64,000 nt of DNA, from NCBI GenBank assembly GCA_011389745.1, contig JAABTQ010000006.1:45475-109474 (forward strand). Reading direction: 5' to 3'. Made by a program: the position numbers and the translations under genes. This DNA comes from Desulfobacteraceae bacterium. GTDB lineage: Bacteria > Desulfobacterota > Desulfobacteria > Desulfobacterales > SKZT01. Shown here one piece after another: positions 19,143 to 28,930 of the stretch (positions are counted from its first letter, which is position 1; the number at the start of each line of letters is the position of its first letter). The notes under the pieces are model-generated. The model ran no database searches, had not been told where the DNA came from, and worked only from the letters and a program-made list of their open reading frames with translations.

Positions 19143-21305
19143 TCAGGTTATGGCGATCGCTGTAAGAAATTTTCCAAATCCGAGAACCAAAATTCCTTTT
19201 TTATCAAGTGAACCATCAGTTTTTCCGCTGAGGCTCCCGGGGATTTTACCTGTTCTTTTAAAAACCGATGCCAGGGCCACAGCCACGGCGGAAGCCGATG
19301 CAAATTCACCAATCAGCAGGCGGTAATCAATGATGGGGCACCTGCAACCAGTAAATTTTAAAAAATTTTTAAGTTGCTCTTCTCCCCGATTTCTGAAGGC
19401 CATGGGTATTCCGGCAAAAATTGCTCCAAAACAATTGTCAATTTCATTGCCGCCCAGTTTTTCCGCCAGAAATGAAACAATGTCCGGATCATGGTCCGCA
19501 TTTCCAAAAAAAACCGGAAGAATTATGGGCTTGTTCTGTTCCTGCGATTTGACCAGACAAATGGCTCCGCCGCCATCGGAGCGTGTTCTTTCCATCGCTA
19601 CTGAACGATCAAACAAAGGAGAAAAATGAACATGATATTCATCAGCCCCCAACACCAGAAGCGGGTCGGATATGTCATCAGCCATAAGACTTGCGGTAAA
19701 AAGAGCTTGTTCAAAGGAATAATCTCCCCCGGTGGTCGTCACATTGGGTCCAACGGCATTAAAATACATGGCTGTTTGACCTGCAGGCGCATTGTGAACC
19801 GATCCGATAAAATCCGTTGGACTGGGAAACTTTTCATCAGAATCATACAGTTTTTTTAAAAAATCGTATGTTTCTGAAAGCGGGCCCCATCCGGTACCCC
19901 AAAAAACAGATGACGGTTTTTCAAAACACCCTGAATTTTCAAAGGCTGAGGATGCAAGAGCCATGGCCATACGGGGAAGTCTTTTCAAACGACGAACCAG
20001 AGATGGCTGGATTAATCCCGAAATATCGACATGGCCAGGCAATCCTTTACAATTTTTGCCGGAAACAAGCCTATCCAAAGTCTTTTTCATGTCCCCTGCC
20101 CCGGTAATACAGGCACTACCGATAACAGCCAAAGGGGCAAGGCTTTTCGGGGCAACATTCCTATCCTTTCGGCAATCCCCAACGATTATCGATGCATTAT
20201 TGCCCCCAAAACCAAATGAATTGGATAATGCTGCATTTACTTTTACCCGGACAGGATTTTTCAACGGTTCGATATCCATTGCAGGATCAGCATTGCAAAA
20301 GCCGGTATTTGCAGGAATAACCCCATTTGCGACAATCAGGGCACAAATCACGGCTTCAACAGCTCCGGATGCGGCAAGAGAGTGCCCCAAAGCCCCCTTA
20401 ACAGATGATAGTAACGGCATGTCACTTTTAAACACCTCCTTGACCGCCTTTGCTTCGCAAAGATCATTGTCAATGGTGCCGGTGCCGTGTAAATTAATAT
20501 AATCGATGTCTGAAATTGTGATGCCCGCATCATGAATGGCTGCTTTCATGGCTTTGACGGCTCCCCTGCCCTCCGGGTCGGGTGTTGTCGGATGGTATGC
20601 ATCACAGGACAATCCACCTCCCAATAATTCAGCAACGGCGTTTTCAGGTACGTTTTTATCGGCCACAAGATATAGCATGGCCGCGGCTTCTCCCACGGAC
20701 ATTCCTCTGCGGTTTTTGTCAAACGGATGGGCACCTTCAGGATCAATGAGCTGTAAAGATTTAAACCCGTAATAGGTCAGGCGACAGAGCGAATCGGCCC
20801 CACCGGCAAGTACACGCCTGGCCGGTCCGCATCTTAGCATCTCCATGGCAAGTTTGATCGCAGCAGTTCCTGATGAACATGCATTAGAAACAGTAATGAC
20901 CGGTCCTTTGCAACAATATTTTGCTGCAATATACTCCGCTACAGTCCCGGCGCCATGATAAAGAAATTTTTCAGGATCATGAATCCCGTTTTTCAAGTGG
21001 GTTTCGGTGGTCAAAATCCCTCCGGTGGTCACACCGATGATCACGGCATCGATTGTCCCGGGTAACCGTGCCATGGCCTCATCGGCCGCTGCAAGAGCCA
21101 ACTGGTGGGTTCTGGGGATTTGAATGTTTCCGAACAAATCAGGTATTTGACCTGCGGGAAGAAGCTGATCTTCGGAAATGCTGAACAGATTCGGCATCCC
21201 AAGAGCTGTGTCCGAATTTTCAATCAGGGTTTGAAGACGGTCCACTCCCCGACCGGCAGGTGTAATCACCCCCATTCCGGCGATAAAAACCCGGATACCT
21301 GTCAA
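19143..21305 (-). CDS. Ketosynthase fused to a chain-length-factor-like domain
   Basis: N-half NACSSG/NLHGTGT/GHSLAA/NSFGFGG; C-half RRLKRLPRMA, SPTDFIGSVHNAPAG with no catalytic Cys. Confidence 0.85.
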   Translation of the reverse strand: MTGIRVFIAGMGVITPAGRGVDRLQTLIENSDTALGMPNLFSISEDQLLPAGQIPDLFGNIQIPRTHQLALAAADEAMARLPGTIDAVIIGVTTGGILTTETHLKNGIHDPEKFLYHGAGTVAEYIAAKYCCKGPVITVSNACSSGTAAIKLAMEMLRCGPARRVLAGGADSLCRLTYYGFKSLQLIDPEGAHPFDKNRRGMSVGEAAAMLYLVADKNVPENAVAELLGGGLSCDAYHPTTPDPEGRGAVKAMKAAIHDAGITISDIDYINLHGTGTIDNDLCEAKAVKEVFKSDMPLLSSVKGALGHSLAASGAVEAVICALIVANGVIPANTGFCNADPAMDIEPLKNPVRVKVNAALSNSFGFGGNNASIIVGDCRKDRNVAPKSLAPLAVIGSACITGAGDMKKTLDRLVSGKNCKGLPGHVDISGLIQPSLVRRLKRLPRMAMALASSAFENSGCFEKPSSVFWGTGWGPLSETYDFLKKLYDSDEKFPSPTDFIGSVHNAPAGQTAMYFNAVGPNVTTTGGDYSFEQALFTASLMADDISDPLLVLGADEYHVHFSPLFDRSVAMERTRSDGGGAICLVKSQEQNKPIILPVFFGNADHDPDIVSFLAEKLGGNEIDNCFGAIFAGIPMAFRNRGEEQLKNFLKFTGCRCPIIDYRLLIGEFASASAVAVALASVFKRTGKIPGSLSGKTDGSLDKKGILVLGFGKFLTAIAIT

Positions 21306-21568
21306 TTGATCGTCTCAGGAGAATTTTGACGAATATGCTCGGCCAGTGCGTTCAGGCTGGCAAAAACCTTAGCGCCCAATTCTTTGCTGTCGATTTTTAC
21401 CGCATAATCCCTCTCAATCATCATGACCAGTTCCAGGATATCAATTGAATCAATGCCCAGTTTTCCTCCGATCAGCTGTTCATTTACATCGATGTCTTCC
21501 GCATCAATATCGACAAGATTTAACGTTTCAACCACTTTTTGTTTTAATTGGTCGACAAGTGTAGTCAT
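21302..21568 (-). CDS. Acyl carrier protein
   Basis: LGIDSIDILELV motif; likely ATG at 21568. Confidence 0.9.
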   Translation of the reverse strand: MTTLVDQLKQKVVETLNLVDIDAEDIDVNEQLIGGKLGIDSIDILELVMMIERDYAVKIDSKELGAKVFASLNALAEHIRQNSPETIN

Positions 21569-21679
21569 TTTTTCTCTACTATTTGCAATTAGGGTCATTC
21601 TAAAAAGATAAGCGCATTGAGTTGCCACTTTACATAAAAGACGTTTTATTATAGTAAAGTTGACACTTTACATTTATTA

Positions 21680-22147
21680 ATGTTGATTTTCAATCACTTT
21701 TTCAAAACAAAGGTTTCTAACGCAGTGAATATCGATATCGAAAGGCTTCTTCCCCACCGTGACGCAATGAAACTGGTGAATAAAATTGTCAAGGTTGATG
21801 AGCACATGGCGATAACCGAATCCGTTGTAACCAAAAACTGGCCCCTGATTGAAAAAAATAATGTCAATTGCCTTGTACTGATTGAACTGGTAGCTCAGAC
21901 CTCGGCAGTCTGTATTGGCTGGAAAGAACTCGTGGATAACCAGGAGGATGTGGGTGGAAAGGGATGGCTGGTGGGAATCAAATCGGCATCTTTTTTTACC
22001 GGCGGTATCCCGTTGAATACCCATATTATGACAGAAACTTACATTAATTTCACCATGGACAATTATACGGAAATTCGGGGGGAGTCCAAAGCAGGCAATG
22101 TTGTTCTGGGCAAAATCATTCTTCAGGTGTTGAAAAATATCATTTAA
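21680..22147 (+). CDS. Hot-dog fold dehydratase partner (ApeP-like); start may be GTG 21725
   Basis: IERLLPHRDAMKLV, LIELVAQ, GWLVGI. Confidence 0.78.
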   Translation: MLIFNHFFKTKVSNAVNIDIERLLPHRDAMKLVNKIVKVDEHMAITESVVTKNWPLIEKNNVNCLVLIELVAQTSAVCIGWKELVDNQEDVGGKGWLVGIKSASFFTGGIPLNTHIMTETYINFTMDNYTEIRGESKAGNVVLGKIILQVLKNII

Positions 22148-22172
22148 GTAAATTGGAAATTAAACAAAAAAG

Positions 22173-22898
22173 ATGAATCAAAAAGTTGCGATTGTCACAG
22201 GCGCTAGCCGTGGAATCGGTCGCGCTATCTCATTGGAGCTTGCCCGATCCGGTTATTTTATTGTAATCAATTATCAAAATAATATACACGCCGCCGAAAA
22301 AACCCTTGAAATGGTCAGGGAATATAACAGCGATGGTGAATGCGTTCAATTCGATGTATCCAGCGCGGAACAAACCCGGATTGCCATTGAAAACATCACC
22401 TCCCGATTTGACAACATCGATATACTGGTCAACAATGCAGGAATCACCTCAGATGACCTTTTTCTTATGATGTCTGAAAACAGTTGGGATTCGGTGGTCA
22501 ATACCACCCTGAAAGGATTTTATAATGTGACCCGCCCCGTATTACAGCATATGGTTGTTCAAAAACATGGTGCAATTGTATCCATGGCATCCGTTGCGGG
22601 AATCATGGGCAACAGAGGACAGGCAAATTATGCGGCAGCCAAAGCCGGTTTAATCGGTGCAAGCCGGTCGGTGGCCTATGAGGTTGCCCGATTGGGTGTT
22701 CGTGTTAATGTGGTGGCACCTGGACTGATTGATACCGACATGATGCGGGATTTACCGGTCAAAAATATCAAAACCCTGATTCCCATGGCAAGAATCGGAA
22801 AGCCGGAAGAAGTGGCAAAAGTGGTCAGATTTTTATGTTCCGACGATGCCTCCTATGTCACCGGCCAGGTAATCTCCGTCAATGGAGGCATGTTTTGA
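22173..22898 (+). CDS. fabG: 3-oxoacyl-ACP reductase (cluster copy)
   Basis: TGASRGIG, NNAG, YAAAK, VNVVAPG, VNGGM. Confidence 0.93.
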   Translation: MNQKVAIVTGASRGIGRAISLELARSGYFIVINYQNNIHAAEKTLEMVREYNSDGECVQFDVSSAEQTRIAIENITSRFDNIDILVNNAGITSDDLFLMMSENSWDSVVNTTLKGFYNVTRPVLQHMVVQKHGAIVSMASVAGIMGNRGQANYAAAKAGLIGASRSVAYEVARLGVRVNVVAPGLIDTDMMRDLPVKNIKTLIPMARIGKPEEVAKVVRFLCSDDASYVTGQVISVNGGMF

Positions 22899-22899
22899 T

Positions 22900-23601
22900 A
22901 TGATGGGTTTGTTATTAAAATCATTCAACCTGATTATCAATCCTGCAAAATCTGCCCAAAAGAGCACAGGGCTTAAAAGGTCGATTTCCTGTTTGTTAGC
23001 AGGTGTCCTCTGTGCCATGATCTTTTTTGTTTTTATCGGATGGGCCGACACGTGGGAAACTATCCGCCATAAATCCGGTAACATTGAAACTGTACGGGCT
23101 GATTTTCTGCAGGAAAAGCATCTAAAAATTCTCTCAAAGCCCTTAATTTCTAAAGGCTCACTATATTTCAAAGCTCCCCGTTCACTCAGATGGGAATACA
23201 AATCACCTGTGCCAAGTGTTCTCCTGATGCACGACGGGAAAATCCTTCGTTTTGTCAAATCCGGCGAGGGTTTTTTCCGTGATTCCGGTATGAAACTTCA
23301 GGCCATGCAAGTGGTCATGGATGAAATCACCCTTTGGCTAAGCGGCCGGTTTCAGGACAATCCCAATTTCAACGCCGGCCTGGAGCCCGGCCCCAAAATT
23401 ATTCTGACCCCTAAAGAAAACACATTAACACCTATCATATCCCGCATCGAATTAATGCTTTCGGACAGGCCCGGGGTCATCAACACCGTCACCATATTCG
23501 AAGACGAGGATTCATTGACCAGATTGATATTTAAAAATGCCATACTAAATGAACCACTCAATGATTCCATATTTGAAGAAATTTCCTCAAATGTTCATTA
23601 A
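22900..23601 (+). CDS. LolA-like outer-membrane lipoprotein carrier
   Basis: Hydrophobic N-terminal segment; ADFLQEKHLKILSKPLISKG...LRWEY motif. Start uncertain. Confidence 0.8.
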   Translation: MMGLLLKSFNLIINPAKSAQKSTGLKRSISCLLAGVLCAMIFFVFIGWADTWETIRHKSGNIETVRADFLQEKHLKILSKPLISKGSLYFKAPRSLRWEYKSPVPSVLLMHDGKILRFVKSGEGFFRDSGMKLQAMQVVMDEITLWLSGRFQDNPNFNAGLEPGPKIILTPKENTLTPIISRIELMLSDRPGVINTVTIFEDEDSLTRLIFKNAILNEPLNDSIFEEISSNVH

Positions 23602-23611
23602 TCCTGGAACG

Positions 23612-24301
23612 ATGACTCCCAAATCCTGTAACAGGTTATTGCATCTAATTTATTTTTTTTTGATACCAGTCTTTTCAACTGTTTCATGCAGCCATATACC
23701 CAAAATTTATAAGGCCGAATTCACCGATCCTGCTCAAATCCTTGAAAGATGCCATGCCGTATTTCCTGATGGAGACCGGCGCTTTGTCCATTCCATTGAG
23801 GCGGAATTAGGCGGAGGAAACAATGCGTTCATGCTGGGCATCACCCGGATTTCCCCGCAGAATCGAACCATATGGGCTGTCGTTATGACTTTTGAAGGTA
23901 TGGTGCTCTTTGACGCTGTTCATAATGATTCAATGGTCATCAACCGCGCGATCCCTCCTTTTGATTCGGATTTTTTCGCTCAGGGTCTTATGAAAGATAT
24001 TCGTCTGATATTTTTTGAACCTGAGCAACATCCGGTTGAAATCGGCACACTGCTTTCCGGAGAAAGCATATGCCGTTTTCATACCCATGAAGAAATGATT
24101 ACGGATGTGACCATCGGACAACACAGCCATGTAACGATCAACAGATATCATCGCCAACGATTGCATCGTAGTGTCCGGCTTCATAGGGGAGAAACACAAA
24201 GTGACCCATCCATTTTTCAAAAACTTGAACTGATTGCCCACGGTCCTGTAAAATACAAAATGGAACTTAACCTTTTGGAAGCTGAATTTTTAAACGAATA
24301 G
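23612..24301 (+). CDS. Putative lipoprotein (DUF3261-like)
   Basis: Hydrophobic signal ending in TVSC; FVHSIEA, MTFEGMVLF, DIRLIF. Start uncertain. Confidence 0.6.
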   Translation: MTPKSCNRLLHLIYFFLIPVFSTVSCSHIPKIYKAEFTDPAQILERCHAVFPDGDRRFVHSIEAELGGGNNAFMLGITRISPQNRTIWAVVMTFEGMVLFDAVHNDSMVINRAIPPFDSDFFAQGLMKDIRLIFFEPEQHPVEIGTLLSGESICRFHTHEEMITDVTIGQHSHVTINRYHRQRLHRSVRLHRGETQSDPSIFQKLELIAHGPVKYKMELNLLEAEFLNE

Positions 24302-24314
24302 GTATATTGGATAT

Positions 24315-25583
24315 ATGTCCATAAAATTTAAGTTAATTTATCCCAAATGGCCGAAACTTCAGGGGCAGACCGAATTTCATCTTCCCCCGCATGGTCCAGT
24401 GGTGTTTGCTGCAGCACTTCCGAAAAACGTCCAGGTCGAATTCACAGATGAAAATCTCCAATCCATCAACTTTGATGATCCCGTAGATTTTGTCGGCATT
24501 TCCATGATGCTGACCATTCAGATTAAACGGGGCTGGGAGATTGCAAATATCTATCGAAAAAAAGGAATCCCGGTCATTTTCGGTGGAATTGCCACGATGC
24601 TTCATGCCGAGGAAACCTTGACTCATGCGGATTCTGTCTTTTTAGGGGAGGCCGAGGGGCGCATGGAAGAACTTTTTTCAGACTTTCGAAATGGACGTTT
24701 AAAAAAACTTTACAATTTTATAGATGATCATCCTCCCATTGAGGTGGTGGGTACTGCAAGGCGGGATATATTGAACAAGGATTTGTACAACTACAAAGGA
24801 GTCAGGATGTTTGACCTGGTCCATGCCTCCCGGGGTTGTCGTTTTCACTGCTATCCTTGCGCCGTGGCATATCTCGGAGGCCGTAAGTTCAGGCCACGAC
24901 CTGTTCATAAAACCATCGAGGAAATGGATAGTATCGATAACAACCGTCTTTTTCTGGTGGATAATTCATTGGCCCAGGATACCCAATGGGAAGAAAACCT
25001 CTTCCGGGAAATGATCCCCCTAAAAAAAAAATGGTGCAGTCACCCTATCGAAGATAATCCTAAAATCCTGGATCTGGCAGCACAAGCCGGGGCCTGGTAT
25101 GTTTACCAGGCGATTTTCGATACCTCGGACCTTATCAGGGAACGGATCAAGCGCTACCATGATTACGACATTGCCGTGGAAGGAACCATTTTGCTGGGAC
25201 TGGATGATCATACCGAAGACTTTATCAAACGGTTGATCGACTTTTTAATGGACATCAAACTGGACCTGGCCGAATTTACCGTTCTGACGCCTTTTCCCCA
25301 TACCATAGCCTATGAAGAACTTCATCGTCAGAAACGGATTTTTTCCTATGACTGGAACGACTATTCCGCTGATAAGGTGGTATATTATCCCAAAAACATG
25401 ACACCGGAAAAACTTCAGGAACTTTTGAATTATGCCTGGAAAACATTTTACAGTGAGGAATCACAGGCAATCAAGATGTTCAAATTGTATCAACAAGTCA
25501 TCAGGAAAGAACAAGCAGACGGCACTTTCCGTCCAAGGGAACGTAATTTATCGCGTCAGGCATTTGGAAAAAATCTCAAATAG
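24315..25583 (+). CDS. Cobalamin-binding radical SAM protein, atypical subfamily
   Basis: IFGGI, GEAE, SRGCRFHCYPC, TPFPHT; the usual GxES segment is absent. Confidence 0.85.
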   Translation: MSIKFKLIYPKWPKLQGQTEFHLPPHGPVVFAAALPKNVQVEFTDENLQSINFDDPVDFVGISMMLTIQIKRGWEIANIYRKKGIPVIFGGIATMLHAEETLTHADSVFLGEAEGRMEELFSDFRNGRLKKLYNFIDDHPPIEVVGTARRDILNKDLYNYKGVRMFDLVHASRGCRFHCYPCAVAYLGGRKFRPRPVHKTIEEMDSIDNNRLFLVDNSLAQDTQWEENLFREMIPLKKKWCSHPIEDNPKILDLAAQAGAWYVYQAIFDTSDLIRERIKRYHDYDIAVEGTILLGLDDHTEDFIKRLIDFLMDIKLDLAEFTVLTPFPHTIAYEELHRQKRIFSYDWNDYSADKVVYYPKNMTPEKLQELLNYAWKTFYSEESQAIKMFKLYQQVIRKEQADGTFRPRERNLSRQAFGKNLK

Positions 25584-25620
25584 GTTCCATCTCACCAAAA
25601 CCAATAATTTATTATTGACG

Positions 25621-27507
25621 ATGTTTTTAAAAAGATTAAAAAATAAATTTATTTTCAACCTGCAGACCAAACTGATGCTCATTTTTCTACTGGTGGCTCT
25701 TGTTCCCATTGCGGCCATCGGTGTCTTTTCCATTAAAACCACAGAACAACTTATCGTCAACATGGTCATGCGCCAGCTCGAAAATGTCGCTGTTGACAAA
25801 GTCGCAATTCTGGAGCGATGGCTTAGCGAACGCAAGGCCGATATGCTGGTAATGGCCGGCACCTCTATTCTTAAATCCATGGATCCTGAAATCATTGCAC
25901 CCTACCTCGACTTGATTCAAAAAAAATATGGGGTATATAAAAAACATACAGTGCTTTCAATTGATGGAGAAACTTCATTTAGCTGTTACGATGGCAAAAT
26001 CGACACTGAAACTCAAGTTACATATTCCGGGGGTATAAAAGAGAATTTATACCTGTCAAATATTTCCTATCCGCCGGAAGAAGAAGAATCCACATTTTAT
26101 ATTGCAGCACCGATCCTGGATGATGAAAGAATATTAAAAGGCACCATTTACGGTACGGTTGGAACCAGTAAAATCATATACTTCATACTCAACGTTTCTC
26201 TGGGTGAAACCGGTGAATGTTATCTTGTTGATAAAGACGGTACCTTTCTGGCCCATAAAGAACCCAGGCGAATATTAAATGAAAACATTTCCCAATCCGA
26301 TAGCTTTAAAAACATATTCGACAAAAAAGACCGTCATCAAACCTACCTGGATTATCGTGGCATCGAGGTTCTGGGAACATCTCATAAAGTGGAGGGTACG
26401 GATTGGTACATTGTGGTGGAGCAGGACCGTGACGAAGCATTCCACAGTTTTGATGCATTGAAACGATATATTTACCTCACGGTATTATTGTGCATCGGAT
26501 CTGCTTTCATGCTCACCTGGGTAATTTCCTACCATATTGTCAACCCCATCAGAGCCCTGAGTCGATCTGCCGACATTCTTGCAAACTCTGAATTTGAAAA
26601 AGTGGTGGTGAATGTCGATCGTGAAGATGAAATCGGGATGCTCTATCGGGCATTTGAAAATATGGCTGTGAAACTCCGGGAACGTCAGAATCATCTCGAA
26701 CAAAAAGTCGATTTAAAAGAGGCGAGACTCAAAGAAACCGATATCATCCTGAAGCAAATTAAGCAGGTTGCCGAGCATTCGGAAAAATTCGCTGCCATCG
26801 GCAGATTAGGGGCTGCCGTAGCACACGAAATCAGAACACCGCTGACCTCGCTAAAATTATTTTTGGAATCGGTTCAGGCTGAAATCGAAATCTCCACAGA
26901 ATATTCGGAAGATTACCGGATCGCCATGCAACAGATTAAACGAATTGAAGCGACCATCAATCGTTTTCTGGATTTTTCAAAACCACAGGAGCTTGTCTTT
27001 TCGGAACTCGATATTTCGCAGCTTATCGAAAATGTGCTTGTCATGATCAAACCGATGGTCAATAAGCAGGAATGTTGTTTAGACATTGATATGGAAAAAG
27101 ATTTACCCAAAATTACCGGGGATAAAAAATCACTGGAAGAAGCCCTGATTAACCTCTTTGTAAATTCTCTCGAAGCCATGGGCGATCATGGCAAACTTTT
27201 CGTGGTGGTACAAGAGGATTATTTCGCTTCAAACAAACATACAACACCTTGTATCAGGATTGATATCGGTGATACCGGTTGCGGCATTTCCGAAGATCAG
27301 ATCGTCAATATCTTTGATCCTTTTTTTACCACAAAATCATCGGGAACCGGTCTGGGTTTGCCCCTGGTATTAAACATTATCAGACACCACGGAGGGGATA
27401 TCCGGGTAAAAAGCCATATAAACAAGGGAACGCTTTTTTCAATTTATCTTCCTTTAAAACTTAATCTGTCCTTATTTGAGGAAAATGGAAAAAATACTGC
27501 TCATTGA
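25621..27507 (+). CDS. Membrane sensor histidine kinase (Cache-HAMP-HisKA-HATPase)
   Basis: Two TM helices, DEIG HAMP motif, AHEIRTPL, DTGCG, FDPFFTTK, GTGLGL. Confidence 0.92.
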   Translation: MFLKRLKNKFIFNLQTKLMLIFLLVALVPIAAIGVFSIKTTEQLIVNMVMRQLENVAVDKVAILERWLSERKADMLVMAGTSILKSMDPEIIAPYLDLIQKKYGVYKKHTVLSIDGETSFSCYDGKIDTETQVTYSGGIKENLYLSNISYPPEEEESTFYIAAPILDDERILKGTIYGTVGTSKIIYFILNVSLGETGECYLVDKDGTFLAHKEPRRILNENISQSDSFKNIFDKKDRHQTYLDYRGIEVLGTSHKVEGTDWYIVVEQDRDEAFHSFDALKRYIYLTVLLCIGSAFMLTWVISYHIVNPIRALSRSADILANSEFEKVVVNVDREDEIGMLYRAFENMAVKLRERQNHLEQKVDLKEARLKETDIILKQIKQVAEHSEKFAAIGRLGAAVAHEIRTPLTSLKLFLESVQAEIEISTEYSEDYRIAMQQIKRIEATINRFLDFSKPQELVFSELDISQLIENVLVMIKPMVNKQECCLDIDMEKDLPKITGDKKSLEEALINLFVNSLEAMGDHGKLFVVVQEDYFASNKHTTPCIRIDIGDTGCGISEDQIVNIFDPFFTTKSSGTGLGLPLVLNIIRHHGGDIRVKSHINKGTLFSIYLPLKLNLSLFEENGKNTAH

Positions 27508-28921
27508 CGATGATGAAGGGTTGATTCACTTTTTAGGCAGGTTCTTTCAAAGAAAAGGCTATGAGGTATCGGCCTGTTTGAGTGGCAGGGACGCCCTTGA
27601 ACAAATAGAGAGGGAAAGCTTTGATTTAATTTTACTTGATTACAAAATGCCTGATTTAAATGGTATTGATATTTTAATTAAGCTTAAGAAGTCTCAGATC
27701 AAAACCCCGGTAATTATCATGACCGCTTACGGTACAACTGAGTTGGCTATCGAGGCCATGAAACGAGGCGCTTATGATTACCTGATCAAACCGTTTGAAA
27801 GAAAAGAGCTGAGTCGTGTTGTAAGCGAGGCATTGATAGTCAACCGACAGATGAAAGAAATGGTCAGCTTTCCTGACTCATCATCGCGTGTTTTACCGGA
27901 TTCTGCCAAAGGCTCTCTGCAAATTATCGGAAACAGCAAAAAAATGCAGGAGGTCTACAAACTTATCGGTCAGATCGCCGAAAAGGATGTACCTGTCCTG
28001 ATCACCGGTGAGAGCGGCACCGGAAAGGAGCTGGTGGCAAGGGCCATATATCATCACAGCGGACGAAGCCAAAAACCCTTCATCGCCATCAACTGCGCAG
28101 CGATTCCTGACAACCTGTTTGAAAGCGAGTTGTTCGGGTATGAGCGTGGCGCGTTCACAGGAGCTGAACGAACCTACATCGGCAAATTGGAGCGTTGTGA
28201 CGGCGGAACCTGCTTTTTGGATGAAATCGGCGATTTGTCCTTTCCATTGCAGGCAAAACTGCTACGAATGCTTCAGGAAGGAGAATTTGAAAGGCTTGGC
28301 GGAAGTGGAACCATTAAAGTCAATGTCAGGATGCTTGCTGCATCCAATAAGGATCTCAAAAAAGAAGTCGAGGAAGGCACATTCCGGGAAGACCTGTATT
28401 GGCGGCTGAAAGTCATTGCCATTGATCTTCCTCCGCTAAGAGAGCGAACCGAAGATATCAATGCCCTGGTCGATTATTTTCTGTCACGTTTCAGTGCCGA
28501 ATATCAAAAATCCGTTCATTATATCGCTGAGAATATGCGTAAAAAATTTAGCTCATATTCCTGGCCCGGAAATGTTCGCGAACTTGAAAACTGCATTCGC
28601 CGGGCAATCTTGCTTTGTACAGGAGATATCATTTCCGAAGAACAATTCGGCTTCCTGGAACCTAAGGATGAACACCATCTCCAAAGTCTGAACCGTGACC
28701 AACTGCTTGTTCGTCTCAGAGATAAATTGGAAGACATTGTTCCGGAAATCCTGAGGCTTTCAAAAGAAGGTATCCATGCCAATATTATCGATATGGTGGA
28801 GGAAACACTCATTATAAAAGCACTTGAGGAATGCGGCAACAACCAGGTAAAAGCAGCGAAAATTCTGGGTATCAGCCGCAACACCCTTCGGCACAGGTTA
28901 AAAAAAATCGCAGATAAATAA
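27485..28921 (+). CDS. Sigma-54-dependent NtrC-family response regulator
   Basis: REC domain, GESGTGKE, GAFTGA, WPGNVRELEN, Fis-type HTH. Confidence 0.95.
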   Translation: MEKILLIDDDEGLIHFLGRFFQRKGYEVSACLSGRDALEQIERESFDLILLDYKMPDLNGIDILIKLKKSQIKTPVIIMTAYGTTELAIEAMKRGAYDYLIKPFERKELSRVVSEALIVNRQMKEMVSFPDSSSRVLPDSAKGSLQIIGNSKKMQEVYKLIGQIAEKDVPVLITGESGTGKELVARAIYHHSGRSQKPFIAINCAAIPDNLFESELFGYERGAFTGAERTYIGKLERCDGGTCFLDEIGDLSFPLQAKLLRMLQEGEFERLGGSGTIKVNVRMLAASNKDLKKEVEEGTFREDLYWRLKVIAIDLPPLRERTEDINALVDYFLSRFSAEYQKSVHYIAENMRKKFSSYSWPGNVRELENCIRRAILLCTGDIISEEQFGFLEPKDEHHLQSLNRDQLLVRLRDKLEDIVPEILRLSKEGIHANIIDMVEETLIIKALEECGNNQVKAAKILGISRNTLRHRLKKIADK

Positions 28922-28930
28922 CCAACCTGT

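Noticed and set aside
21612-21627. Possible sigma-54 promoter TGGCAACTCAATGCGC (minus strand) upstream of the ACP
   Set aside because: The GG-to-GC spacing is 9 or 11 nt, not the required 10.
25432-25620. N-terminal extension of the histidine kinase in the ORF track
   Set aside because: It overlaps the radical SAM gene; ATG 25621 just before the first TM helix is more plausible.
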